Shown: positions 10,153 to 19,753, counted from the whole stretch's first letter. The stretch is DNA of 63,860 nucleotides, filler included, from Actinomycetota bacterium (GCA_009886115.1; 5 parts of 5 records of this genome joined end to end with filler, not necessarily neighbours in it), one strand, 5' to 3'. A program made the numbers and translations. Notes: a model not told the origin generated them from the letters alone.

Positions 10153-10185
10153 TTCTCCCCAGGTTCATCCACAGGCTGTGGACAA
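10153..10185. promoter_or_regulatory. DnaA-box cluster
   Basis: TTCTCCCCA (10153-10161), TCATCCACA (10165-10173) and, on the minus strand, a perfect TTGTCCACA (10177-10185). Confidence 0.65.
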
Positions 10186-10217
10186 CGACGGGGGCCTGGG
10201 CCAGGCACGACGTAACG

Positions 10218-10514
10218 TCAGTCGAGGCCGGCGCCCGCTCCCGAGTCGAGCCCGATGTCGCTCATGAGCAGCATGTCCTCGCGACAATGGCGGGGCGCCT
10301 CGGGGATCTCGTCTTCGGGCGCGGCGGTCATCGTCACCAGCGTGCCGCACACCTGGCACTGGAATTCGATGTCGACGGCGGCCAGCTCACCCGGCTCGGG
10401 CGGCTTCGACGAAGGCGCCGCACCGCCGAACGAGCGCACCAACCCGGCACCCCATACGTAGCCGATGACGATCACCAGCACGGCTGCCGCGATCTTGACG
10501 ACGGTCCACAGCAT
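10218..10514 (-). CDS. Small membrane-anchored protein with CxxC...HC putative metal-binding motif
   Basis: MLWTVVKIAAAVLVIVIG TM segment, then CQVCG...PRHC. Starts 5 nt after the thiolase stop. Confidence 0.7.
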   Translation of the reverse strand: MLWTVVKIAAAVLVIVIGYVWGAGLVRSFGGAAPSSKPPEPGELAAVDIEFQCQVCGTLVTMTAAPEDEIPEAPRHCREDMLLMSDIGLDSGAGAGLD

Positions 10515-10519
10515 GACGA

Positions 10520-11728
10520 TCAGCCCAGCCGCTCGATGATGGTGGCGTTGGCCATCCCGCCGCCCTCGCACATCGTCTGGAGCCCGTAGCGGCCGCCCGT
10601 GCGTTCGAGCTCGTCGAGCAGCGTCGCGAACAAGCGACCGCCCGAGCCGCCCAGGGGATGGCCGATGGCGATGGCCCCACCGTTGGGGTTCACCCGGGCC
10701 ATGTCGGGACGGTGTTCCTTGGCCCAGGCCAACACCACCGGGGCGAAGGCCTCGTTGATCTCGACCACGTCGATGTCGTCGAGGCTCAGCTTGGCCTTCT
10801 CGAGCACCTTGGTCGTCGCCGGGATGGGCGCGGTGAGCATGAGGACCGGGTCGGAACCGGCCAACGCCATGGCGTGAAAGCGCGCCCGCGGCGTGAGGCC
10901 CAGCGCGGTGGCTCGTTCCTCGCTCATGATCAGCGTGGCCGACGCTCCGTCGGAGATCTGCGACGAGTTCCCCGCGGTGATGAGCCCGTCCTCCTTGAAG
11001 ACCGTCTTGAGCTTCGCCAACGTCTCCATCGACGTGCCCCGGCGGAAGCCCTCGTCGACGCTCACCACGGTCGGGCCGTCGGAGCCCGCGGCCCCTTCGG
11101 CCCGTTCCACTGCAGGAACCGTGATGGGGACGATCTGGCGGGCGAAGCGCCCCTCGTCGGTGGCCTGGGCCGCCCGACGGTGCGACTCGACCGAGAGCGC
11201 ATCGCACTCGTCGCGCGAGATGCCCCACTGTGCGGCGATCATCTCGGCCGAGATGCCCTGGGCCACGAGACGCTGCTTTCCGCCCGAGGACCGGTAGCGG
11301 TTGCGGTAGCGCGGCCCTCCCATCGGGCCGAGCTCACGTGAGGAAGCGGCCGCGCCCATCGGGACCATCGACATGTTCTCGACCCCGCCGGCGACGACCA
11401 CGTCGTGCACGCCCGACATCACGGCCTGGGCCGCGAAGTGGATGGCCTGCTGCGACGAGCCGCACTGCCGATCGACGGTGGTTCCCGGCACCGACTCGGG
11501 CCAGCCCGCGGCCAACACCGCGAGCCGTCCGACGTTGGCGCTCTGCGCTCCGACCTGGCCGACGCACCCGAGGATGACGTCCTCGACGAGCGCCGGGTCG
11601 AGGCCGGTGCGGGCGATCAACGCGATCAGGACGTCGGCGGCCAGGTCGACGGGATGCACCGTGCTGAGGCCCCCGTTGCGCTTGCCGAGGGGGGTGCGGA
11701 CGGCGTCGACGATCACGGCGGTGAGCAT
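10520..11728 (-). CDS. Acetyl-CoA C-acyltransferase (thiolase)
   Basis: DRQCGSS, NEAF, GHPLG and MCEGGG catalytic motifs. Confidence 0.95.
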   Translation of the reverse strand: MLTAVIVDAVRTPLGKRNGGLSTVHPVDLAADVLIALIARTGLDPALVEDVILGCVGQVGAQSANVGRLAVLAAGWPESVPGTTVDRQCGSSQQAIHFAAQAVMSGVHDVVVAGGVENMSMVPMGAAASSRELGPMGGPRYRNRYRSSGGKQRLVAQGISAEMIAAQWGISRDECDALSVESHRRAAQATDEGRFARQIVPITVPAVERAEGAAGSDGPTVVSVDEGFRRGTSMETLAKLKTVFKEDGLITAGNSSQISDGASATLIMSEERATALGLTPRARFHAMALAGSDPVLMLTAPIPATTKVLEKAKLSLDDIDVVEINEAFAPVVLAWAKEHRPDMARVNPNGGAIAIGHPLGGSGGRLFATLLDELERTGGRYGLQTMCEGGGMANATIIERLG

Positions 11729-11788
11729 GATGAACGTCCTCTCGACACGGCCGGGGCGGCCGCTCCCATGGTACCGGTCCCGCCGTGC

Positions 11789-12145
11789 TCAGCCTCGGCC
11801 GGGCGCGGTGTCGGCCCCGGCATCGCCAGCGTCGTCGCCGTCGCCACCCTCGTCGCCCTCGCCAGCGTCGCCACCGTCCTCACGGCCATCGCCGTCGTCG
11901 GAGTCGATCCAGACGGCGCCGGCGATCACGATGTCGGAGTCGCCGAGATTGACCGCGGCCGCCCAGGTGTCGGGTTCGCCCACGAACATCTCGGCGTGTC
12001 CGCACTGGCGGCAGATCAACGCGGAGCCGCCCCACTGACGGATCCGACGGCGCACGGAATGCTCGAACGAGAACTCGGGGGCGAACCAGAACTGGTCGTG
12101 GCCGCAGAATCGGCAGGGTTCGAGATCATCGTCGACGTGGCTCAT
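11789..12145 (-). CDS. Hypothetical zinc-ribbon protein with acidic low-complexity tail
   Basis: CRFC...CRQC pair. A TAACGT -10 element lies 6 nt before the ATG (leaderless). Confidence 0.6.
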   Translation of the reverse strand: MSHVDDDLEPCRFCGHDQFWFAPEFSFEHSVRRRIRQWGGSALICRQCGHAEMFVGEPDTWAAAVNLGDSDIVIAGAVWIDSDDGDGREDGGDAGEGDEGGDGDDAGDAGADTAPGRG

Positions 12146-12216
12146 CGCGCCACGTTAGGCCCGACGATCGGACCAGGAACGGGTTGGTCGCGCACGAGGC
12201 GTTAGGGTCGGGATCG

Positions 12217-12697
12217 ATGGCTGGAGCACGGGGAAACGAACGATTCGTCGAGGACGCCGCCGCACGGGGGATCGAGGTGCGGGCCACGGTCTTCCCCGAG
12301 GGCACCAAGACCTCCGCCGACGCTGCGGCCGCCATCGGCTGCACGGTCGCCCAGATCGCCAAGTCGGTGGTGCTCGTCGCCCGCGGCGGCAGCGTCGACG
12401 GCACCGTGATCGTGGCCATCACCTCGGGTGCCAACCGGGTCGACACCGAGAAGGTGGCCGCGCTCATCGGCGCCGAGACCGTCCGTACGGCCAAGCCCGA
12501 TCAGGTTCGCGATTCGACGGGTTACGCCATCGGAGGCGTGCCCCCGTTCGCCCACGCCTCGCCGTTGCGCTGCCTGCTCGACGAGGACCTGCTGGCCTTC
12601 GACGAGGTCTGGGGCGCGGCCGGCACTCCCGACGCCTGCTTCCCCATCACCCCGGCTCGGCTGGTCGAGGCCTCGAACGCCACGGTCGCCGACATCA
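12217..12697 (+). CDS. YbaK/EbsC family aminoacyl-tRNA deacylase (3' end runs into the contig end)
   Basis: QIAKS, SGANRVD, TGYAIGGVPPF and WGAAGT. Confidence 0.88.
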
Positions 12698-12797
12698 NNN
12701 NNNNNNNNNNNNNNNNNNNNNNNNNNNNNNNNNNNNNNNNNTTAATTAATTAANNNNNNNNNNNNNNNNNNNNNNNNNNNNNNNNNNNNNNNNNNNN
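12698..12797. other. Artificial contig linker
   Basis: N44-TTAATTAATTAA-N44, with stops in all frames. Confidence 0.97.
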
Positions 12798-12817
12798 ACG
12801 GCGGGAGCATCGAACCC

Positions 12818-13474
12818 ATGAGCCTGACCGCACCCGAACCCGGTGACGCGGTCGTCTACCCCGACTCCGATGGGTTGCCGATGGCCGACAACGAGTGGCA
12901 GGAACGAGCCATCCTCGTGCTCAAGACCGGGTTCAGGCACCTTCTCGCCGATCGCGCTGATGTGCATGTCGCGGGCGACCTGCTCTGGTATCCCGTCGAG
13001 GGCCATCACGAGATCTGCGCGGAGCCCGACGTGTTCGTGATCGAAGGTGTCGACAAGGAACGGCTGCGCTCGTACCGGCCCTGGATCCACGGCGGGCGGG
13101 TCACGCTCGCCGTCGAGGTGCTGTCGCACAACAACACCCCGGTGGAAATGCTCGACAAGCTCGCCTTCTACGAACGTCACGGGGTTGAGGAGTACGTGTT
13201 CTTCGATCCGGCGACCGGGGCGCTGCGGGCCTGGACCCGAGAGGGCGATCGTCTGGTCCAGCGGCTGATCCCCGACACGTGGACGAGCCCCCGATACGGC
13301 GTCACCATCGGCACAGACGGCGCCGAGCTCGTGGTCTTCGGTCCCGACGGACGCCGATGGCTCAACCTCGAAGACGAGATCGCCCGGGCCGACGCCGAGA
13401 CAGCCAGGGCCGACGCGGCCGAGGCCGACGCAGCAGTGCTTCGAGCCGAGATCGAGCGGCTGCGCGGGCGCTGA
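12818..13474 (+). CDS. Uma2 family (DUF820) PD-(D/E)XK endonuclease-like protein
   Basis: YPDSDGLPMADN, EPDVFV, VEVLS, KLAFYERHGVEEY, and a coiled-coil tail. Confidence 0.9.
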   Translation: MSLTAPEPGDAVVYPDSDGLPMADNEWQERAILVLKTGFRHLLADRADVHVAGDLLWYPVEGHHEICAEPDVFVIEGVDKERLRSYRPWIHGGRVTLAVEVLSHNNTPVEMLDKLAFYERHGVEEYVFFDPATGALRAWTREGDRLVQRLIPDTWTSPRYGVTIGTDGAELVVFGPDGRRWLNLEDEIARADAETARADAAEADAAVLRAEIERLRGR

Positions 13475-13503
13475 GGAGCAGCCCGCGCCCGTCCCGGCTG
13501 TGT

Positions 13504-14745
13504 TCAGAGCAGGGTCCGAGGTACCGCCACCATGGACGGGCCCCCCGACGGCGTGAGATCGATCACCGCGTCTCCCTCGTAGACGACGATGCCGCGCACG
13601 CACGCGTCACCCGCCTCGGCCACGAAGGCGCGCAGCCCGCTCGTGTCGGCGGGCCCGGTCGACGACGAAGCCTTCACCTCGACGGCGACGAGCCGGCCGT
13701 CGGGATGAACCAGTAGCAGGTCGATCTTCTTGTGGTTGCGCCGATCACGCCAGTGACGCACGACGATGCGCTCCAGGGCGGCGTCGGCGTCGGCGATGAG
13801 GTCGTGCGCGACCACCGTCTCGGTCAGCGACCCGAGCAGCACGGCCGAGGGCGGCGCGGCCCACGCCCGGGCCGCCCACGCAGCCAGGCCGGGGTCGGAG
13901 GCGATGATCCGTGGGTGCGCCGTGAGGACCCGGTGCTCAGCCGGGCGATGCGCCTCGATGCGCGTCATCAGGAACGCCGCTTCCAACAGCTCCACGTGGC
14001 CCCGCACGGTGGCAGCCTGCATGCCGAGCTCGCTCGCAGCACGCGCGGCGTTGAGCACCTGGCCGCTGTCGGCCGCGAGGTAGCGGAAGGTTCGGAGCAA
14101 CCGGCCGAGGTCGGCACGGGTGCCGGCCGCTCCCAGGGGAATCACCGACTCGACGTAGGTCGCGATCTCGCGCTCCCAACTGGGTGCCAGCGCGCTCCCG
14201 AGAACACCCGAGACTCCTGGGAGTCCTCCCAACCATGGCCTTCGAGCGCTCGGCGCCATGGTCGCGAGGCGCGCTGGCTCCCACCCGGGACCGAACGCTC
14301 GATCGATGAAGTCGCTCCCCAACCCGTCGAGCTCGCGCTGGGTCATTGATGACAGCCGAAGCCTGATGGCCCGGCCGGCCAACGGGTCACTGCCGCCCAG
14401 AGCATGACGGCCGAGCCGAGCGGAACCCGTCAACAAGAACTGACCCGGCTGGCGTCGCCGGTCGACGACCCGCTTGACCCAAACCGTGAGCTCGGGCTCG
14501 AGCTGCGCCTCGTCGATCACGCATGGGGTCGGCTGTGCGAGCAGGAACCGATCCGGATCGAGTCGGAGCACCTCGAGCGTGGGGCGATCGGAGAGATCGA
14601 GGCGCGGCGCCCACCCCCGTTCGGCGATCAGGGCGTCGCAAATCGTCGACTTACCCGTCGCTCGCCCGCCCTCGAGCACGACGACCGGAGCCGACGTCAG
14701 AGCGTGGTCGAGCACCGGTTCAATAAGCCGGGGCAGGATCACCAC
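13504..14745 (-). CDS. AAA+ ATPase (AAA_14) with C-terminal DUF4143 nuclease-like domain
   Basis: Walker A GGRATGKS, Walker B IDEAQ, LLTGS, and IDLLL...VEVKAS. Confidence 0.85.
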   Translation of the reverse strand: MVILPRLIEPVLDHALTSAPVVVLEGGRATGKSTICDALIAERGWAPRLDLSDRPTLEVLRLDPDRFLLAQPTPCVIDEAQLEPELTVWVKRVVDRRRQPGQFLLTGSARLGRHALGGSDPLAGRAIRLRLSSMTQRELDGLGSDFIDRAFGPGWEPARLATMAPSARRPWLGGLPGVSGVLGSALAPSWEREIATYVESVIPLGAAGTRADLGRLLRTFRYLAADSGQVLNAARAASELGMQAATVRGHVELLEAAFLMTRIEAHRPAEHRVLTAHPRIIASDPGLAAWAARAWAAPPSAVLLGSLTETVVAHDLIADADAALERIVVRHWRDRRNHKKIDLLLVHPDGRLVAVEVKASSSTGPADTSGLRAFVAEAGDACVRGIVVYEGDAVIDLTPSGGPSMVAVPRTLL

Positions 14746-14780
14746 GGGGCCATGCTAGTAAATCACTCATTCGTCGACTG

Positions 14781-14819
14781 AAAAAACAGTTGGTGAGCAA
14801 CCGATTATGCTCACCAACT
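14781..14819 (-). terminator. Intrinsic terminator after the MBL hydrolase gene
   Basis: Perfect 12-bp stem AGTTGGTGAGCA/TGCTCACCAACT with an 8-nt loop, followed by T6 on the minus strand. Confidence 0.7.
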
Positions 14820-14842
14820 CCGAAAGGCCACCGGGGCCGAGC

Positions 14843-15721
14843 TCACACCACGAAGCGCCAGCCGCCGTCGGGGCCGCGGCGGACGTGGCCCGCGGTCGGG
14901 GTGTTGAAGTGCGTGCCGATCACGAGGACCGCGGTGTCGCCGTAGCGGTCGACGAACTCCCTTCGGGTCACGCACCCCTGGGCGGTGTCGCTGTCGTAGC
15001 CCATCCCCCAATCGGTCTCGGCGATCTGGACGGGATGATGGGTCATGTCGCCGGTGATGACCGCCTCCTCGCCGCCACTCGAGATGTGCACCGAGACATG
15101 ACCCGGCGTGTGGCCCGGCGTGGGCTCGAGGTACACCTCGTCGGTGATGCGATGGTCGCTCGCCACCAGGCTCGACAGCCCGGCCGCCACGATCGGCGCG
15201 ACCGAGTCACCGAGCACCAACCCGGGCTCGCTGGTGGGATCGCGCCGGGCCTCCGCGTCCCAGTGCTCCCACTCCAGCGCGTGGAAGAGATAGCGGGCGT
15301 TGGGAAACGTCGGCACCCATACGCCGTCGACGAGCATCGTGTTCCACCCCACGTGATCGAAGTGGAGATGGGTGCAGGTGACCACATCGATTGTCGCCGG
15401 GTCGAAGCCAGCCGCCCGGAAGTCGGCGAGGAACGGCGTCTGGAGGTCGCTGATGCCCGGGAAGGGTCGAGACTTCCCGTTCCCCACGCAGGTGTCGACG
15501 ACGATGGTCTGGCCCTGCGACTCGACGACGAGGCAGTGGATCGAGAGGATCATCTGCCCCTCGTCGTCGAGGAAGTGCGGCCGCAACCATTCCGCGTGCG
15601 ACGCCATGGCCTCGGCCGTCGCCTTGGGGAACATGCCCGACGGGTCGATGGGCGTGGTCATCTCCACGATCCGCGTCACGCGCACGTCGCCGATCTTCCA
15701 CTGCAACAGGTCTCCGGTCAT
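14843..15721 (-). CDS. MBL-fold metallo-hydrolase
   Basis: THLHFDHVG, PGHTPGH, GDMTH and GTHF. Confidence 0.9.
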   Translation of the reverse strand: MTGDLLQWKIGDVRVTRIVEMTTPIDPSGMFPKATAEAMASHAEWLRPHFLDDEGQMILSIHCLVVESQGQTIVVDTCVGNGKSRPFPGISDLQTPFLADFRAAGFDPATIDVVTCTHLHFDHVGWNTMLVDGVWVPTFPNARYLFHALEWEHWDAEARRDPTSEPGLVLGDSVAPIVAAGLSSLVASDHRITDEVYLEPTPGHTPGHVSVHISSGGEEAVITGDMTHHPVQIAETDWGMGYDSDTAQGCVTRREFVDRYGDTAVLVIGTHFNTPTAGHVRRGPDGGWRFVV

Positions 15722-15848
15722 GGACGCATGTTGGCACGACGTGCCCGCGGCCCGCTCGGCCTCCACTCGCTCGACCCGCGTCGTCTTCGTAGGATCGGCC
15801 GGGTCACGGCGCGCGAGGTCGCCGATCGTCGATCACCGAGGGGGCTGC

Positions 15849-16724
15849 ATGGGAGCGTTGGACGGGCGGGTTGCCGTCGTCACCGGAGCGGGACGGGGCA
15901 TCGGTCGAGAGGTCGCGTTGCTGTTCGCCGCCGAGGGGGCGAGCGTCGTCGTGAACGACCTCGGCACCGAGCTCGACGGCACCGGAACCGACCCCGCCGT
16001 CGCCGCCGCGGTGGTCGCCGAGATCGCCGCGGCGGGTGGATCTGCCGTCGCCAACACCGAAGACGTCGCGAGCTGGAACGGCGCCGAGTCGTTGGTACAG
16101 CAGGCGATCGACACCTACGGCGACCTCCACATCGTGGTCAACATGGCCGGCAACACACGCGACAAGGTGCTCGTCAACATGAGCGAGCAGGACTGGGACG
16201 ACGTCATCCGCACCCATCTCAAGGGCACGTTCTGCCCGACGCGTCACGCCGCCGCGTACTGGCGGGGCAAGGCCAAGGACGGCAAGCCCGTCGACGCCGT
16301 GGTGCTCAACACCTCGTCGACCTCGGGCCTGGTCGGCAATCCCGGGCAGTCGAACTACGGCGCGGCCAAGGCCGGGATCGCGGCCTTCACCGTGATCGCC
16401 GCCATGGAGTTCGGGCGTATCGGCGCTCGGGCCAACGTGATCGTCCCCGCAGCCCGCTCGCGCATGACGCTCGGCACCCCGGGCCTGGCCGAGCAGGTCG
16501 CCGAGCCGGCCGACCCGTCTCAGTTCGATCTCTGGCATCCAGCAAACATCGCCCCCCTCGCGGCCTACCTGGCCCAACAGTCGTGCGAGGTCACCGGCAA
16601 GGTGTTCTTCGTGAAGGGCGGCCAGATCCGCAAGTTCGAGAACTGGAACCGCACCGAGACCATCGAGCAGGACGACCGCTGGACCGTCGCCTCGCTCGGC
16701 GATGCCATCGACACGGTGCTGTGA
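15849..16724 (+). CDS. Short-chain dehydrogenase/reductase
   Basis: TGAGRGIG and YGAAK. Confidence 0.92.
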   Translation: MGALDGRVAVVTGAGRGIGREVALLFAAEGASVVVNDLGTELDGTGTDPAVAAAVVAEIAAAGGSAVANTEDVASWNGAESLVQQAIDTYGDLHIVVNMAGNTRDKVLVNMSEQDWDDVIRTHLKGTFCPTRHAAAYWRGKAKDGKPVDAVVLNTSSTSGLVGNPGQSNYGAAKAGIAAFTVIAAMEFGRIGARANVIVPAARSRMTLGTPGLAEQVAEPADPSQFDLWHPANIAPLAAYLAQQSCEVTGKVFFVKGGQIRKFENWNRTETIEQDDRWTVASLGDAIDTVL

Positions 16725-16827
16725 GCCGCTCTCGCTCGGACCCACCCGCTCTCGCCAGAGCAGGCCGTTGTGGCGTAGCATCCCTGACACTGACGTCAGC
16801 TTCGGAATGCATCGGAAAGGCCCTCCC

Positions 16828-17997
16828 ATGGCGAACACCCATCGCGTCGTCGACGCAGACACCCACGTCCTCGAGCCGCCCGACCTGTGGGAGAAGTGGC
16901 TCCCGAAGAAGTACCAGGACCAGGCGCCCAAGCTCGCCAAGGACCCGGCGGGCGGCGACGCGTGGCTCTTCGCCGGTGAGGTCGAACCCGACCCCATCGG
17001 GCTCGTGGCCACGCCGGGCATGGCGTACGACCAGTTCCGCTGGATGGGCGTCACCTACGAGGAGGCCCGGACCGGCTGCTACAACGGCACCGAGCGCTTG
17101 AAGGACATGACCCACGACGGCATCCACGCCGCGCTGAACTTCGCTCCGCAGCGCACCATGGGTCACTTCCTCTCGAACGAGGACGACGACTTCATCGCGG
17201 CGGGCGTGGGGGCGTTCAACTCCTTCCTCATCGACGAGTTCTGCGCGCCCGACCTGTCACGCATGATCCCCTTGGCCCAGCTCACGAGCCTTGGCGTCGA
17301 CTCGAACGTGGCCGAGATCCAGAAGGCGGCCGACCGGGGCTTCAAGGGCTTCGTCATGAGCTGCTGGCCCAACGCCGGCGAGAGCGTCGAGGAGGAGGAC
17401 GACCGGGTCTGGGCGGCGATCCAGGAGACCGGCCTCCCCCTGTGCATCCACATCAACGTGATCAGCCGAGCCCAGCGTCTGGCCACACGCAACGCCATGA
17501 AGAAGGCCGGTAAGGCGCTCTACGGCGGGGCGCACCCCAAGGCCAAGGCCAAGGCCGTCGGGAACCTGGGCAGCGTGTTCTCGATGGTGGCCGGCACGAT
17601 CTCGAACCTGATCTTCACCGGCGTGTTCGAGCGCTTCCCCGACCTGCACGTGGCGATGATCGAGACGGGGATCGGCTGGCTGCCCCACTACCTCGAGCAG
17701 CTCGACGACCGCTACTGGCGCAACCGGAGCTGGGGCGAGATCCCCATCTCCCAGCCGCCGTCGTACTACTGGCACCAGAACATGTCGGCGTCGTTCATCC
17801 TCGACCCGATCGGCATCCAGGTGCGTCACGCGGTGGGCATCACCAACGCCATGTGGTCGTCCGACTACCCGCACCACGGCAACGACTGGCCCTACAGCCG
17901 CAAGGTCATCAGCGACATGATGGGCCACATCCCCGAAGCCGAGCGCAACCTCATCACAGGCGGCAACGCAGCGAGGATCTTCAAGATCGAGTTCTGA
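16828..17997 (+). CDS. Amidohydrolase family 2 protein
   Basis: DADTHVLEP, CIHI, ETGIGWLP and SSDYPH. Confidence 0.9.
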   Translation: MANTHRVVDADTHVLEPPDLWEKWLPKKYQDQAPKLAKDPAGGDAWLFAGEVEPDPIGLVATPGMAYDQFRWMGVTYEEARTGCYNGTERLKDMTHDGIHAALNFAPQRTMGHFLSNEDDDFIAAGVGAFNSFLIDEFCAPDLSRMIPLAQLTSLGVDSNVAEIQKAADRGFKGFVMSCWPNAGESVEEEDDRVWAAIQETGLPLCIHINVISRAQRLATRNAMKKAGKALYGGAHPKAKAKAVGNLGSVFSMVAGTISNLIFTGVFERFPDLHVAMIETGIGWLPHYLEQLDDRYWRNRSWGEIPISQPPSYYWHQNMSASFILDPIGIQVRHAVGITNAMWSSDYPHHGNDWPYSRKVISDMMGHIPEAERNLITGGNAARIFKIEF

Positions 17998-18245
17998 TCA
18001 ACCCCCACGCCGGCTCCCGGCTCCCAGCCCCGACTACGAAGTTTGTTGCCGCGGAGCCTGAGCTCGGTGTGGCGCGCGAGCCGAGCCGAAACCGGAAATC
18101 GCCAGTTCGTGGCCGGTAACGCACAAGGCGCTGGCGGCATTCTGGGCCGGGACTTGTCGGGGCTCGACGAGTGCGTGTTGAGTTCGCGCGGTGGCGACGT
18201 TGTTGTCGTGGCGGCTCGTCGTGACCGCCGACGGTAAACGTCCGG

Positions 18246-18267
18246 CGGGGGGCCCAGTGGCCCCCCG
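18246..18267 (-). terminator. GC hairpin, putative terminator
   Basis: CGGGGGGCC-cagt-GGCCCCCCG lies immediately after the stop of the minus-strand Mrr-like gene. Confidence 0.5.
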
Positions 18268-19617
18268 TCAGTCGGTGATTCTTTCCCAAGGCTGGAAGGA
18301 ACTCGTCTCGAACCCGACATCGGTCGCTGCAATCTGGACGATGACGGCTCCGGTGCCAAGTCCGCTAGCGATGACGTCATCGAGGTCACCGCTGAAGGAG
18401 CCCAGACGTGCCCAGTAGCCGCCGACCGAGTCGGGGTCGCTCGGCCCAGGAGTGCGGTACAAACCGGGCGCGACGTCGTGGCCAACGCGATAGACGCCGT
18501 CTCCCGCGATCAGCTGACCATGTGCCGGCGCTGCCGCTGCCGGTGGGAGCGGGCCGTTTTGCGCTGGGACCATCGGGCCGATAACAGAATGTGCCTGATC
18601 AGGCGGCAGCAGTTCCGAAGCCGACAATGACGCGTCGGCTGGCCAAGCTGGCTGTCCCAATGTGCCCACCTTGGGAGGCCCGATCGGGGACAGGGGAACG
18701 CCCACCGTAGGAGGCGGAGCGAGTGCTGGAGTCGGCCAAGTCGATAAGGCCACGATGGGAACTGACCCGTTGACAAGCGAACCCTGATTGGTGGCCGGGA
18801 GAGGATAGAACGGTGCTGGATACGGCGTGTCAGTGGAGGCCATCGCGGCTCCCGTGTTGAGCCCGGGTACAGTCCCACCAGGCCACGACGTGACCATCGG
18901 AGAAGCCTCGACCCCAGCTACTACTGCTTGCTCGGCGCCCCCGGGACCCGTGCTCGTCCACGGCCAGCGCGGCCGTGACCGAGCCCACGGCATCCAGATC
19001 CATGCGGCATATCGCCGGCAGGGCACCGACGAACCACGCCACTTCGGAACCGACCACGATACCGCAGCAACTGTCCAGAATAGAGCAGAGGCAAGAGCCC
19101 CGATATAAATCACGTAGACTAGATGGAGTACCGCACCCACCGTCGACGAGGTGCGCGGCTGCGGCGGTCTGACCCATCCTGGCGTCGTTCCCCAGCTTGC
19201 GCCCTCGGTCCAGAGTTGTTGATGAGCGAGAACTTCGGGTGCGAGAGGGCTTACCTGCGATGCGAGTCTCCGGGCAGTAGACGTGGCGCCGCGAACAACC
19301 ATGAATTCATCAAACGTAAAGAGAAGAACACCTGCTACCTCTGCCCAATCTGTGGCTTGTTTCGTGTACCCAGATCTCGAAAATATGATCGTCGTCGCGC
19401 GCTCATGAACGGCGATACCGTAGGTTCGCTGGACATCCTTGATCGAGACAGCTCCCCCTGCCCAATACTTCACTTGGGCAACCGCGCCCCTGGCCCGCAC
19501 GTCGACGCCGCCGTCGGCTCCGGCCTGCGTGCAGTGAGCGTCCGACCAACCAGCTGCACGCATCCACTGCGCGGCGAATCGCTCCGCGCCCTGCCACGAC
19601 ATCCGCTCTGGCTGCAT
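18268..19617 (-). CDS. Mrr-like restriction endonuclease domain fused to a membrane segment, Pro-rich linker and C-terminal beta domain
   Basis: N-terminal AE...ADGGVDV...AQVK...SRSGYT (Mrr_cat). Hydrophobic LHLVYVIYIGALASALFW segment. C-terminal GDGVYRVGHDVAPGLYRT...YWARL. Confidence 0.75.
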   Translation of the reverse strand: MQPERMSWQGAERFAAQWMRAAGWSDAHCTQAGADGGVDVRARGAVAQVKYWAGGAVSIKDVQRTYGIAVHERATTIIFSRSGYTKQATDWAEVAGVLLFTFDEFMVVRGATSTARRLASQVSPLAPEVLAHQQLWTEGASWGTTPGWVRPPQPRTSSTVGAVLHLVYVIYIGALASALFWTVAAVSWSVPKWRGSSVPCRRYAAWIWMPWARSRPRWPWTSTGPGGAEQAVVAGVEASPMVTSWPGGTVPGLNTGAAMASTDTPYPAPFYPLPATNQGSLVNGSVPIVALSTWPTPALAPPPTVGVPLSPIGPPKVGTLGQPAWPADASLSASELLPPDQAHSVIGPMVPAQNGPLPPAAAAPAHGQLIAGDGVYRVGHDVAPGLYRTPGPSDPDSVGGYWARLGSFSGDLDDVIASGLGTGAVIVQIAATDVGFETSSFQPWERITD

Positions 19618-19753
19618 CGTCACCGAGGAACCCTCTCGACCGTGTTCGCTCAAGCCTACGGCAGCGGTCTGACGACGAAATCCGGCGCAAACGCTCGTTG
19701 CAGTTGCGCCACGGCAGTCCACCGATATCTGTGCAGGTTTTGCAGGGTAAATG

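Noticed and set aside
12742..12753. Recurrent TTAATTAATTAA palindrome and ORFs ending in XXXLIN
   Set aside because: It is the scaffold-joining linker, identical at all four gaps.
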